Below, piece by piece: positions 40,335 through 51,603 of a stretch of 64,000 bases of DNA. The translations under genes were made by a program, and so were the position numbers. This DNA is from Gemmatimonadaceae bacterium. Lineage in GTDB: Bacteria; Gemmatimonadota; Gemmatimonadetes; Gemmatimonadales; Gemmatimonadaceae. Position 1 is the stretch's first letter; every line of letters begins with the position of its first letter. The stretch is taken from positions 92,364 through 156,363 of the forward strand of contig JBBDYC010000009.1 in the NCBI GenBank assembly GCA_040901985.1, given 5' to 3'. Under the pieces are notes generated by a model. That model was not told the origin of the DNA and made no database searches. It saw only the letters and a program-made list of their open reading frames with translations.

Positions 40335-40464
40335 GGGAGGGCAGCGACGTGCGCCCGGCGAAGGGGCCTACGCCGTAGCAAGAGACCGCGCGGCGGTTCG
40401 CGCGGGCTCGCAGCGTGTAAGGCGTTGGCCCCCGGAGCCAGGCGCTCGCCGCTGCCCGACCGAC
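40335..40464 (+). repeat. Structured repeat element C (single arm)
   Basis: GTAGCAAGAGACCGCGCG..CGCGCGGGCTCGCAGCGTGTAAGG from 40375. Confidence 0.88.
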
Positions 40465-40518
40465 GCAAAGATCCCAAGGCACCCGGCGATCGAGCAGCGA
40501 ACAGCGGGCAGCGAGCGT

Positions 40519-41871
<1,353 letters not shown>

Positions 41872-43065
41872 CTACTTGGCATCCTGCTGCAGCGCATTCC
41901 AGGAGCCGTCCGAGGTCCCCGCGACGCCCTGCACCTTGAGCGCGAACTCGCTCGGGCTGGTGGACGCGAAGAGCGCGGCCTCGTACGAGATGACGCCCTT
42001 CTGGTACCAGTTCATCAGCGACTGGTCGAAGGACTGCATCCCGTACTGGACGGTGCCCTCGCGGATCAGGTCCGGGATGTTGAGCGCCTTGCTGGCGTCG
42101 CGGATGTTGTCGGCGACGGCGGCGGTGTTGACGAGGATCTCGCAGGCCGGAATGCGGCCCGGCCGGTCCGTGCGCGGCACGAGGCGCAGCGAGACGACGG
42201 CCTGCAGCGCGGTCGAGAGCTGGAACCGGATGTCGGCCTGCTCGTTGGGCGGATAGAACGAGAGGACGCGGTTGACCGTCTGCGCGGCGTCCATCGTGTG
42301 GAGCGTCGAGAAGACCATATGGCCGGTGTCGGCGGCCTTGAGCGCGATCTCGAGCGTCTCCTGGTCGCGGATCTCGCCGATCATGATGATGTCGGGGTCC
42401 TGCCGGAGGACGCGGCGCAACGCCTGGGCGAACGACGTGGTGTCGGTCCCGACCTCGCGCTGGTTGATGTGGCAGTTGATGTCGCGGTGCAGGAACTCGA
42501 TCGGGTCCTCGATCGAGATGATGTTGGCGTGGCGGTTCTCGTTGACGTACTGGAGCATCGCGGCGAGCGCGGTGGACTTGCCCGAGCCGGTGATGCCGGT
42601 GACGAGGACGAGGCCGCGGGGTTTGAGCGAGATCTCCCTGAGGATCGTCGGGAGGTTGAGCTCCTCCATCGTCAGCGCCTGGAAGGCGATTGCGCGAAAG
42701 GCGTAGGCGAGCGAGCCGCGCTGCTGGTACACGTTGACGCGAAAGCGGCCGATGCCAGGCACGCCGATGGCGAAGTCGGCGTCCTTCGAATCGTCGAACT
42801 CCCGGCGTTGCTTGGGCGGGATGATCTGCTCGCCGATCGAGCGGAGGTCCTCGGGCTTGAGCGCGGGGAGTTCCATCGCGACGAGCTCGCCGTTGAGGCG
42901 CATCGTCGGCGGGCGGCCGATCTTGAGATGGAGGTCGGAGCCGCTCTGCTGGACCATCGTCTGCAGGACGGTCTTGAAGTTGTAGGCGGGCGCGGCGGCG
43001 GCGGCGGCGGGCGCGGCGCCGGGCGCAGCAGCGGCCGGCTTGGCGGCGGGCTTCTGCTCAGCCAT
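41872..43065 (-). CDS. pilT: Type IV pilus retraction ATPase (PilT/PilU family)
   Basis: SDLHL, GRFRVN, TGITGSGKST, EDPIE, LRQDPD, TGHMVFSTLHT, GMQSFDQ. Confidence 0.88.
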   Translation of the reverse strand: MAEQKPAAKPAAAAPGAAPAAAAAAPAYNFKTVLQTMVQQSGSDLHLKIGRPPTMRLNGELVAMELPALKPEDLRSIGEQIIPPKQRREFDDSKDADFAIGVPGIGRFRVNVYQQRGSLAYAFRAIAFQALTMEELNLPTILREISLKPRGLVLVTGITGSGKSTALAAMLQYVNENRHANIISIEDPIEFLHRDINCHINQREVGTDTTSFAQALRRVLRQDPDIIMIGEIRDQETLEIALKAADTGHMVFSTLHTMDAAQTVNRVLSFYPPNEQADIRFQLSTALQAVVSLRLVPRTDRPGRIPACEILVNTAAVADNIRDASKALNIPDLIREGTVQYGMQSFDQSLMNWYQKGVISYEAALFASTSPSEFALKVQGVAGTSDGSWNALQQDAK

Positions 43066-43561
43066 TGGTATCCACCCGGAAGAGCACCTGGCCGTACTCG
43101 ACCGGGTGCGCGTCGGTCGCGGCGACCTCCACGAGCCGCCCTGTCACCTCGGACTCGATCTCGTTCATGATCTTCATCGCCTCGATGATGCAGAGGACCT
43201 GCCCCTTTTGGATGGTCTGTCCGACGCTCACGTAGGGGTTGGCGCCCGGCTCGGGCGCGCCGTAGTAGGTGCCGACCATCGGCGACTTGACGTCGGCGAG
43301 CGCGGCCGACGACGCGGCGCTGGGGGCGGCCGCGGCGGCCGCCATCGGCGCCGGCGCGGCGGCCGGTGCGGCGGCCGGTGCGGCGGCCGGTGCGGCGGCC
43401 GGTGCGGCAACCGGAGCCGCCGCGTACTGCACGGTGCCCCGCGAGACCGGCGTCTTCGCCAGCCGGATGCGCAGTCCCTTGTCGGACGAGATCTCCATCG
43501 AATCCACAGAGGATTCGTCGAGCATCTCGAGGAGCTTCTTCACGTAGCGGAGGTCAATCAT
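43058..43561 (-). CDS. accB: Biotin carboxyl carrier protein
   Basis: SPMVGTYY, EAMKIMNEI biotinylation motif, Ala/Pro linker. Confidence 0.96.
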   Translation of the reverse strand: MIDLRYVKKLLEMLDESSVDSMEISSDKGLRIRLAKTPVSRGTVQYAAAPVAAPAAAPAAAPAAAPAAAPAPMAAAAAAPSAASSAALADVKSPMVGTYYGAPEPGANPYVSVGQTIQKGQVLCIIEAMKIMNEIESEVTGRLVEVAATDAHPVEYGQVLFRVDTNG

Positions 43562-43602
43562 CAAACAGCAGGTGGGAGGTGGTGAGGCGGGAGGCGGGCG
43601 AT

Positions 43603-44721
43603 TCATCCGATCTGCATCAACTCGCGCGGGAAGCTCGTGAGTGTCCGCGGGCCGTCGGGGGTCAGGAGCACATCGTCCTCGATCCGAACCCCGCCCCAAC
43701 CTTCCAGGTAGATCCCCGGTTCGATCGTCACGATCGCGCCGGCCGGCAGCGGGGACTCCGACGTCTGCGCCAGGCGCGGCGCCTCGTGGATCTCCAACCC
43801 GATCCCGTGGCCCAGCGAGTGGCCGAACGCATCCCCGTGACCGAGGCGCTGAATGTAGTGCCGCGCCAGCGCGTCGGCATCCCGTCCCCGCATTCCGACC
43901 CGAACGCCCGCCGAAGCGCTCCCGTTAGCTTCCCGAACCACCCCGTGAACCTCCACCTGGCGCTCCGTCGGAGCGGCGCCGACCACGAAGGTCCGGGTGA
44001 TGTCGGAGCAGTAGCCGGCGTGGACCGCGCCGAAGTCGAAGAGCAGCAGGTCACCCTTGGCGATGACCTGGGCCGATGCCCGGGCGTGCGGCAGGGCCGA
44101 GCGCGGGCCGGCGGCGATGATCGTCTCGAACGGGAAGCCGGCGCTCCCGGCCATCCGCAACTCGTGCTCGAGGATCCCGGCGACCGCCATCTCGGTCATC
44201 CCGACGCGCACCTGCGGCAGTGTGCGCCCGAGCGCGTGCTCGGCGATCCGCACGGCCTCGACGGTGGCGGCAATCTCGGTCGCGTCCTTCGACTCGCGCA
44301 GGATCTCGACGAGGTTGAGCGTCGGACGCCAGCTCCAGGCGGCGCCCTCGGCGCCCTCCTCCACGAACCGCGCCGCGTCCTGGTGCGAGACGTGCGCGGT
44401 CTCGAAGGCGACGACGACGACCCCCTTGAGCTTCTTGTGTTGCTTGAGCTCGCGCCAGAGCCGCGCCCAGAGCGAGTTCCGCTCGATCACGACCTCCACC
44501 GCCGGCTCGACCTCGAGCTTCACCTGCGCCTCGTAGCGGAAGTCGGTGAGGAGGAGGCACTGCTCCATCGTCACCACGACGAGCGCGCTGGAGCCGCTGA
44601 AGCCGGTGAGGTACCGGATGTTGGGCAACGAGCTGACGAGGAGCGCGTCGAGGTCACTCGCCGCGAGCGAGGCCCGCAGCGCGGTGAGCCGCGAGACGAA
44701 CGGCGCCGGCGGGTCAGCCAC
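43603..44721 (-). CDS. Xaa-Pro aminopeptidase (M24)
   Basis: NIRYLTGFSGS, DFG..Y.SDITRT, HSLGHGIGL.IHE, EPGIY, GVRIEDD. Confidence 0.92.
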   Translation of the reverse strand: MADPPAPFVSRLTALRASLAASDLDALLVSSLPNIRYLTGFSGSSALVVVTMEQCLLLTDFRYEAQVKLEVEPAVEVVIERNSLWARLWRELKQHKKLKGVVVVAFETAHVSHQDAARFVEEGAEGAAWSWRPTLNLVEILRESKDATEIAATVEAVRIAEHALGRTLPQVRVGMTEMAVAGILEHELRMAGSAGFPFETIIAAGPRSALPHARASAQVIAKGDLLLFDFGAVHAGYCSDITRTFVVGAAPTERQVEVHGVVREANGSASAGVRVGMRGRDADALARHYIQRLGHGDAFGHSLGHGIGLEIHEAPRLAQTSESPLPAGAIVTIEPGIYLEGWGGVRIEDDVLLTPDGPRTLTSFPRELMQIG

Positions 44722-46039
44722 GCGCGGCGCCGTCCCGTTCGAGCCGGGCGAGCGCGGCCGGGTCGAAGCGCCCGCGGATGCGCATCACGCCCTCGGCCTC
44801 GTCGGCGTCGCTCGCCAGGACCTCCCCCAGCCGATGGACCTCGGCGAGGAGCTTGCCGTCGGTGAGCGGGACGAGGAGCGCGACCTCCGGGCGTCGCGCG
44901 CGCTGGGCCCCGCGAAGCGCCTCCCGCAGCGGGTCGAGGCCGGGGACGCCGTTCCCGGCCGCGCCCCCCGTCTCCTCCGCGCGCGCCGAGACGAAGATCG
45001 AGTCCGGGGCGAGATTCTCCATCCGCGCGCGGATCGCCTCGCGCTCGGCCGGCGCGAGCGCGTCCATCTTGTTGAAGACGTAGCGCATCGGGATCTCCCG
45101 CGCGCCGAGGTCGGCGAGCACGTCGTCCACCACGAGGCGCTGCTCCTCCCACGACGGATGGCTGGCGTCAATCACGTGGAGGAGGAGGTCGGCCTCGCGC
45201 ACCTCCTCGAGCGTCGCGCGGAACGAGGCCACGAGGTGGTGCGGCAGCTTGCGGATGAACCCGACGGTGTCGGTGAGCAGCACCGACTGGCGGTCGCCGA
45301 GGTCCACCTCGCGGGTGAGGGGGTCGAGCGTGGCGAAGAGCCGGTCCTCGACGAAGATCTCGCTCGCCCCACTGATGCCGCGGAGGATCGAGCTCTTGCC
45401 GGCGTTGGTGTAGCCGACGAGCGCGGCGCGGAACGTCCCCGTGCGGCCGGCGCGCTGGACCTCGCGCGCCTTGGTGACGTCCACGAGGCGGTCCTTGAGG
45501 AGGCGGATGCGCTGGCCGACGAGTCGGCGGTCGGTCTCGAGCTGTGTTTCGCCCGGGCCGCGCACGCCGATGCCGCCGCGGAACTTCTCGAGGTGCGTCC
45601 ACATCCGGACGAGGCGCGGGAGCGAGTACTCCAGCTGCGCGAGCTCGACCTGCATCCGCGCCTCGGCCGACCGCGCCCGCACCGCGAAGATGTCGAGGAT
45701 CAGCTCGGCGCGGTCAATGACGCGCTTCCCCACTTCCTCCTCGAGGTTCTTCCCCTGCGCCGGCGAGAGCTCGTCGTCGAAGATCACGACCGTCGCGTCG
45801 AGCGCGGCGATCATCGCGCGGAGCTCCTCCACCTTGCCCCGGCCGATGTAGGTCGAGGGGTCGGGGCGGTCGAGCTGCTGGGTGAGCGTGCCCACGACAA
45901 GCGCGCCCGCCGTGTCGGCGAGCCGCTCGAGTTCGTCGAGGTGCTCGGTGACGTGGTGGCGGGCGTTGCTCCGCTTGATCGGCGCGCCGACCAGGATGGC
46001 GCGCTCCTGCGGAGGGGCGAGGTCAATTAGCGAACGAAT
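44714..46039 (-). CDS. hflX: GTPase HflX (start uncertain)
   Basis: GPGETQLETDRR, GYTNAGKSS, FATLDP, DTVGF, NKMD. Confidence 0.95.
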   Translation of the reverse strand: MRSLIDLAPPQERAILVGAPIKRSNARHHVTEHLDELERLADTAGALVVGTLTQQLDRPDPSTYIGRGKVEELRAMIAALDATVVIFDDELSPAQGKNLEEEVGKRVIDRAELILDIFAVRARSAEARMQVELAQLEYSLPRLVRMWTHLEKFRGGIGVRGPGETQLETDRRLVGQRIRLLKDRLVDVTKAREVQRAGRTGTFRAALVGYTNAGKSSILRGISGASEIFVEDRLFATLDPLTREVDLGDRQSVLLTDTVGFIRKLPHHLVASFRATLEEVREADLLLHVIDASHPSWEEQRLVVDDVLADLGAREIPMRYVFNKMDALAPAEREAIRARMENLAPDSIFVSARAEETGGAAGNGVPGLDPLREALRGAQRARRPEVALLVPLTDGKLLAEVHRLGEVLASDADEAEGVMRIRGRFDPAALARLERDGAARG

Positions 46040-46124
46040 GAGTACAAGGGAAAAGGTGAGAGGGGAAAGGTGAGAGGGGAAAGGTAACCTCCCACCTGCC
46101 ACCTCCCACCTCCCACCTGCAGTC

Positions 46125-46595
46125 CTATGGCATCCCCTCGATCCGCCCCGTCCCCGAATACGGGCGCGTGATGGTCCCGAACGGGGTCGCCATCGTGAAC
46201 TGCCCGGTGACGCGGTAGTCGAGGCGGCCGAATCGCGAGTACTCGCGCAGCGCCTCGCTGAGCGCGGCGTAGCCGAACGTCACCGGTACGACAATCTGCC
46301 CGCGGCCCTTCTGCTCGAGCGTCAGCAGCTTCTCGATCGCCCCGCTGGCGACCTGCGAGGTGTCCACCCAGAACACGTACGAGACGCGCGTTGCGTCGAG
46401 GCGGAATTCATTGGGATTGTAGACGTCGAGCACGACGTCCACCGAGCCGCCCTGCAGGCCGATCGAGGTCACGCGCACGTCCTTGACCTCGACGACCGGG
46501 TTGGCGAACGCCGCGCGGGCGAGGGTCCGGCAGCCGCTTGCGGCGCCGACGGCGAGGAGCGCGAGTACGAGGATGGGCGTGGGGCGGAAGCGCAT
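46125..46595 (-). CDS. LEA type 2 / WHy-domain lipoprotein
   Basis: Lipobox ASGC; P.V......L.V.NPN.F.L motif. Confidence 0.8.
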   Translation of the reverse strand: MRFRPTPILVLALLAVGAASGCRTLARAAFANPVVEVKDVRVTSIGLQGGSVDVVLDVYNPNEFRLDATRVSYVFWVDTSQVASGAIEKLLTLEQKGRGQIVVPVTFGYAALSEALREYSRFGRLDYRVTGQFTMATPFGTITRPYSGTGRIEGMP

Positions 46596-46612
46596 GATTG
46601 TCTGGGGTTCGG

Positions 46613-47947
46613 CTAGGGTTTCTTGGTGCGCAACGACTCCCACCACGCGAGCCGTTTGGCCACTTCCTTCTCGAACCCGAAGTTGCCGGGCTCGTAGAAG
46701 GTCCGTTCGCGCACCTCGTCGGGCAGGTAGTCCTGCGGGATGTACCCGTCCGGCGCGTCGTGCGCGTACTGGTACCCTGCCCCATAGTCCAGTTCCTTCA
46801 TCAGGTCGGTGGGTGCGTTGCGGATGTGGAGCGGGACCGGCGCCGCCGGCGACTCGCGGGCCGCCTCGAGTGCGGCCTTCCACGCGAGATGGACGCGGTT
46901 GCTCTTGGGCGCAGTGGCGCAGTACAGCGCCGCCTCGGCCAGCGCGAGCTCGCCCTCGGGCGACCCGAGGAAGTGGTAGGCGTCGCGCGCGGCGATGCAG
47001 AGCTCGAGCGCGCGCGGGTCGGCGAGCCCGATGTCCTCGGCGGCAAAGCGCACCGTGCGGCGCGCGATGTAGAGCGGGTCCTCGCCCCCCTCGATCATCC
47101 GGGCGAGCCAGTAGAGCGCCCCCTGCGGATCCGACCCGCGGAGCGCCTTGTGGTACGCCGAGATCAGGTTGAAGTGCTGCTCGCCCGACTTGTCGTAGTG
47201 CGCCAGTCGCTGCTGCAGCGCGGCGATCACCGTCTCGCGGGTGATCTCCGTCGCCTCGCCGACCAACACCGCGGCGGCGTCGAGTACGGTGAGGGCGCGG
47301 CGGGCGTCGCCGTCGCTCTCGGTGGCCAGCACGGCACGCGCCTCGTCGGTGAGGGTGAGGCCGCGGCCGCCGAGGCCCCGCTCGGGGTCGGCGAGGGCAC
47401 GATCCACAAGCAGCGTCAGCGCTGCAGTGCCCAGGGGCTCGAGCACGAAGACGCGCATCCGCGAGAGGAGCGCGCCGGTCAGTTCGAAGCTCGGGTTCTC
47501 CGTCGTCGCGCCAATCAGCGTCAGCAGGCCGCTCTCGACGTGCGGGAGCAGGGCGTCCTGCTGGGCGCGGTTGAATCGGTGGATCTCGTCCACGAAGAGC
47601 ACCGTGCGGCCGCCGAGTGCGCGCCGCCGCTCCCCGTCGGCGACGATCTCGCGGAGCCGCGGGATGCCGTCGGTGACCGCGCTGAAGGGGACGAACTCCG
47701 CCGCGACGTGCCCCGCGATGAGGCGCGCGATGGTCGTCTTGCCCGTCCCCGGCGGGCCCCAGAGGAGGATGGACCCGGTCTCGCCGCGTTCGAGGGCCAC
47801 GCGCAGCGGCTTCCCCGGACCGAGCAGGTGGTCCTGGCCGACGACCTCGTCGAGGACGCGCGGCCGGAGCCGCGCCGCCAGCGGCGCGTCGCCCGGCCGC
47901 TCGAACAGGCCCGGCGCCGGCGTCGTCCCGGCCTTGCCGCGCGCCAC
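46613..47947 (-). CDS. rarA: Replication-associated recombination protein A
   Basis: [40 protein letters not shown]. Confidence 0.95.
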   Translation of the reverse strand: MARGKAGTTPAPGLFERPGDAPLAARLRPRVLDEVVGQDHLLGPGKPLRVALERGETGSILLWGPPGTGKTTIARLIAGHVAAEFVPFSAVTDGIPRLREIVADGERRRALGGRTVLFVDEIHRFNRAQQDALLPHVESGLLTLIGATTENPSFELTGALLSRMRVFVLEPLGTAALTLLVDRALADPERGLGGRGLTLTDEARAVLATESDGDARRALTVLDAAAVLVGEATEITRETVIAALQQRLAHYDKSGEQHFNLISAYHKALRGSDPQGALYWLARMIEGGEDPLYIARRTVRFAAEDIGLADPRALELCIAARDAYHFLGSPEGELALAEAALYCATAPKSNRVHLAWKAALEAARESPAAPVPLHIRNAPTDLMKELDYGAGYQYAHDAPDGYIPQDYLPDEVRERTFYEPGNFGFEKEVAKRLAWWESLRTKKP

Positions 47948-47949
47948 GG

Positions 47950-48666
47950 CTAGGACGGGTGGCCGAGCGCGGTGCGCAGTGCAAGCGCCACGGCGCAGCC
48001 AGCGAAGAACACGACGTTGTGCGTCCACCCGCTCTTCCCCTGGAACTCGGGGATCAGGTTGGACCCGCCGACGTAGAGCGTCACGCCGGCGGCGAGCGCG
48101 AGTCCCCAGTCGGCGAGCGGGTCCACCAGCTCGGTGAACGCAAAGCCGACCACCGTGGCGACACCGAGCGAGGCGGCGGCGAGGAGCGCCGCGCTCCGCG
48201 AACGGCCCGACGCGATCCAGAGCGACGCGATGGCGAGCCCCTCGGGGACCTTGTGCAGGAAGATCGCGCCGAAGACGAGGATGCCGAGCTCGCGGCTGAC
48301 GTGGAACGCGCTGGCGATGGCCACGCCGTCCACGAACGTGTGCAGCAGGAGGCCGACCAGCGCCGAGACGCTCACCGCGGGCGAGACGTGGTGCGTTTCC
48401 TCGCCGAAGTGAAAGTGCCCCACCAGCGCGTGCTGGGTGAGGTGCACGAGCAGGAAGCCGATGAGGATGATCAGCGCGGCGCGAGAGCCCCCGTGGGCGA
48501 GCGCCTCGGGGACGAGGCCGACGATCGAGACGACGACGAGGAACCCCGCCGAGAAGGCGAGGAGGAGCTCGAGGGTGCGCGGCGACCAGCGCGGGCGGGC
48601 CGTGACCGCGGCGGCGCCGACGACATTGCCCGCCGCAGCGAGGACGGCATAGATGAGGGCGTTCAC
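47950..48666 (-). CDS. ZIP family metal transporter
   Basis: [22 protein letters not shown]. Confidence 0.88.
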   Translation of the reverse strand: MNALIYAVLAAAGNVVGAAAVTARPRWSPRTLELLLAFSAGFLVVVSIVGLVPEALAHGGSRAALIILIGFLLVHLTQHALVGHFHFGEETHHVSPAVSVSALVGLLLHTFVDGVAIASAFHVSRELGILVFGAIFLHKVPEGLAIASLWIASGRSRSAALLAAASLGVATVVGFAFTELVDPLADWGLALAAGVTLYVGGSNLIPEFQGKSGWTHNVVFFAGCAVALALRTALGHPS

Positions 48667-48714
48667 GTCAGGAAGATAGACGAACCGGGAACCCCCGGTT
48701 CCCGGGCGCGTCGC

Positions 48715-49167
48715 TCAGGCCGCGGCGCTTGGGGCGCCGCCGAGGGCGCGGACGAGGCCGCGCAGGGCGAGTTCGTACCCATCGGCGCCGAAGCCGGCGA
48801 CGATCGCGATCGCGCCGGGGGCGAGCCACGAGTGCCGGCGCTCCGGCTCCCGGGCGTAGATGTTCGAGAGGTGCACCTCGACGTAGGGCAGCGACACGGC
48901 GGCAAAGGCGTCGCGCAGCGCGAGACTCGTGTGCGTCCAGGCGCCGGCGTTCACCAGCGCGCCGGTGACCACGCCGCGGCAGTTGTGGATCGCGTCGAGC
49001 ATCTTCCCTTCGTCGTTGAACTGCGAGAACAGCAGCGTCACCCCGAGCTCGGCGCCCACTTCCTCCAGCCGCGCCTCGATCTCCTCGAGCGTCACCGTGC
49101 CGTAGATCTCGGGTTCGCGGACGCCAAGGAGGTTGAGGTTCGGTCCGTTCAGGACGGCGATCCTCAC
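48715..49167 (-). CDS. aroQ: Type II 3-dehydroquinate dehydratase
   Basis: NGPNLNLLG.REPEIYG, EVHLSNIYARE. Confidence 0.96.
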   Translation of the reverse strand: MRIAVLNGPNLNLLGVREPEIYGTVTLEEIEARLEEVGAELGVTLLFSQFNDEGKMLDAIHNCRGVVTGALVNAGAWTHTSLALRDAFAAVSLPYVEVHLSNIYAREPERRHSWLAPGAIAIVAGFGADGYELALRGLVRALGGAPSAAA

Positions 49168-51422
49168 GGCTTGAGGCCCTTCAACCAGCCCTGGAACTGG
49201 CCGAGTTCGTCGTCGCCGCCGGCGGCGGGCGATCCGTCCGGGGCCGGCGGAGCTGCGGCAGCGTCCGGCGAGTCCGGCGCGCCCGCGGCGCCCGGTGCGT
49301 TCGCGGCACCCCCTGCGCTCGCAGCACCCGGTGCGGCGAAGAACTGGTCGAACTTGAGCGTCTCGGAGGCCCGAGGCACGGGTCGGGGCGCCGAGGGCGT
49401 CTCGGCCGCGGCGGCGAACAGCTCGTCGAGGCCAGTGCCACCGCTCGGCCCCTCAAAGGTGCCGATGCCCGCGAGCACCTCGGCCGCGTGCAGGTCGAGC
49501 ACTTCGTGGGCGGCACCAAAGAGCTGATCGAGCGGCCAACCACTGGCCGCGGCGGCGGCGGACGGCTCGGGCGCCGCCACGGGCGCCGCCACCGGCGCCG
49601 CCACGGGCGCTGGGGCCACTGCCACGGCCGCCGCCGATGCGCCCGCGCTCGGCGTGGCGGCACGGCGCGCGACCGCGCTGAAGAAGTCGCGCGCACTTGG
49701 CCCGGCCGGCGGCGTCGGGGTCGGGGTCTTGGTCGCCGTCTTGGTCGGCGTCGCCGGCGTCGGCGTCTTCAAGCCGACGCCGGTGAATGACACCTCGGAG
49801 AGTGCCGCATTCGCCGGCGCCGGCGTGGGCTCCGGTGCGTCGGCGGCAGGCGCCTCGAACTCGGGCAGTCCCTCCTCACTCCGCTCCAGCGCCGCGAGCC
49901 GTTCCTTGAGGCCGGCGTCCGCCGGGTCCTGCGCCACCAACTGGCGATAGACCGCGATCGCCTCGTTGCGGAAGCCCTGCTTGATGTAGAGCGCGGCCAT
50001 CGTCTCGGTGACGAAGGTCGGCGTCGGCTGCGGACGGCGCGGCTCCGGCGGGGCAGCGGGCGGCTCCACGGTCGCCGCGGGCGGCGCCGCGTCAGGCGGT
50101 GCCGACGCCGGTTCGTCTTCCTCGAGGCCGAAGTCGGCAAGGAGCGGCAACGACGAGAGGTCGGACTTGGTCATCCGCGGCTTGGGCCGCGACTCCGGTT
50201 CCGGCTCGAGCGTGGGCAGGGGCCGGGTATCCGTGGACTCACTGACGTCGAGATCCTCGAAGGTGATCGGCACCGGCTCCGGCGGCGCCCCGTTGGCCGG
50301 CGGCACCGCGTGGGCGGCCGACGGCTCGATGGACGCAAGGTCGGCGGTCGTCGCCAACCCTTCGACGGTTGACGGCGCAATGTCGGCGGGCGAGAGATCC
50401 ACGCGGTCGAGGCCGGCGAGCGGTGCGACCGTCACCTCCCCGACCGAGGGCGTCTCGAGCCCCTCGAGCCGCTCGCCAACGTCGCCGCCGATGAACTCGT
50501 CGCTCTCGAGTCCCGCCATCGGCGAGACCTCGGCGGTGAAATCGGCGGCCTCGAGCCCGGGCAGCGTGCCGGCGGCGGCCTGTGCCGTGGGTGCCTCAAT
50601 GATCAGCGTGCGCTCGCCATCGGGCGGCGCACGCTCCGGCGCCGCCGACTCCACCATCGCCACGTCGCTGAAATCGAAATTGATGTCGAGCAACGACGCG
50701 CGGTGCAACGGAGCGGCGCGCGGCGCAGGCGCGGGCGGCGCAGGCGCCGCGACTGCCTCCGGTGGCGCGAGTGTCTTGGCCGACGCTTCGCGCAGGTCCA
50801 TATCCGCGAGCGCCTGGGCATTGATGACGAGTGTCTGCATCGGCACTTCGGGCTTCCGCGGTCCGCTCCGCGCTTTCGGCGCCGGCGCAGCAGGCGCCGC
50901 CGGCTCCGAGGGGCCGTCGAGCTCGACCATCCCAAAATCCCCGTCGCCGCCGCTGACGCTCACGTTCGGCGCCACGGAGACCAGCGAGGCGGCGCTCGGC
51001 GCGCCCTGACCGCCCTCGCCGGAGGCGCCGCCCAACTGCTCGAGGATGTCCAGCACTTCGTCGTTCCGCCGATCCACCTCGAGGACCTTGAGGTACCACG
51101 CCTTTGCGCCCTCGGTGTCGCCGCCGGCGCGCGCGATGTCACCGAGGTGCCGCAGGGCGATCAGGTTTTCCGGGTCGAGCTTCAGCGCCGCCTCGAACGG
51201 CTGGCGCGCCTCCTCCGGCTTGCCCGTCTCAAAGAGCACCTGCCCGTAGACCACGAGCCCGTTCATGTTCTCCGGCTGCTCGTGCAGGTGCTTCTCGCAC
51301 AGCAGGATGGCGCGGTCGAGGAATCCGCCCTTGCGATACTCGTTGGCGAGCGGCGCGAAGAAGCGACGGGGGTTCTCGTGGTACCGTTTCCGCAGGTCTT
51401 CGATGCGGTTCGATTCAGCCAT
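49164..51422 (-). CDS. TPR protein with a long acidic/Pro-rich disordered region
   Basis: N-terminal FAPLANEYRK TPRs; TETMAALY..QG TPR; C-terminal FQGWLKGLK. Confidence 0.75.
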   Translation of the reverse strand: MAESNRIEDLRKRYHENPRRFFAPLANEYRKGGFLDRAILLCEKHLHEQPENMNGLVVYGQVLFETGKPEEARQPFEAALKLDPENLIALRHLGDIARAGGDTEGAKAWYLKVLEVDRRNDEVLDILEQLGGASGEGGQGAPSAASLVSVAPNVSVSGGDGDFGMVELDGPSEPAAPAAPAPKARSGPRKPEVPMQTLVINAQALADMDLREASAKTLAPPEAVAAPAPPAPAPRAAPLHRASLLDINFDFSDVAMVESAAPERAPPDGERTLIIEAPTAQAAAGTLPGLEAADFTAEVSPMAGLESDEFIGGDVGERLEGLETPSVGEVTVAPLAGLDRVDLSPADIAPSTVEGLATTADLASIEPSAAHAVPPANGAPPEPVPITFEDLDVSESTDTRPLPTLEPEPESRPKPRMTKSDLSSLPLLADFGLEEDEPASAPPDAAPPAATVEPPAAPPEPRRPQPTPTFVTETMAALYIKQGFRNEAIAVYRQLVAQDPADAGLKERLAALERSEEGLPEFEAPAADAPEPTPAPANAALSEVSFTGVGLKTPTPATPTKTATKTPTPTPPAGPSARDFFSAVARRAATPSAGASAAAVAVAPAPVAAPVAAPVAAPEPSAAAAASGWPLDQLFGAAHEVLDLHAAEVLAGIGTFEGPSGGTGLDELFAAAAETPSAPRPVPRASETLKFDQFFAAPGAASAGGAANAPGAAGAPDSPDAAAAPPAPDGSPAAGGDDELGQFQGWLKGLKP

Positions 51423-51603
51423 CCGGCTCGGCTCTGGGAAGTGAGAAGGGACCAGCGCCCCGACTTGGGAGAAAATACCACGCCGGGAGAGTGCAGGTCA
51501 ATCAGAAGTGTGCGTGTCGCTTGATTTTAGGTCGTGTCGCCGGGTAGGTTTCGAGGTTCTTTCCCACGTCATTCTCCTACCGTTCGCGCCAGGGTTGTCC
51601 GCC

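Noticed and set aside
48685..48705. CCGGGAACC-ccc-GGTTCCCGG hairpin as an intrinsic terminator
   Set aside because: The stem is real but has no clear U-tract on either strand
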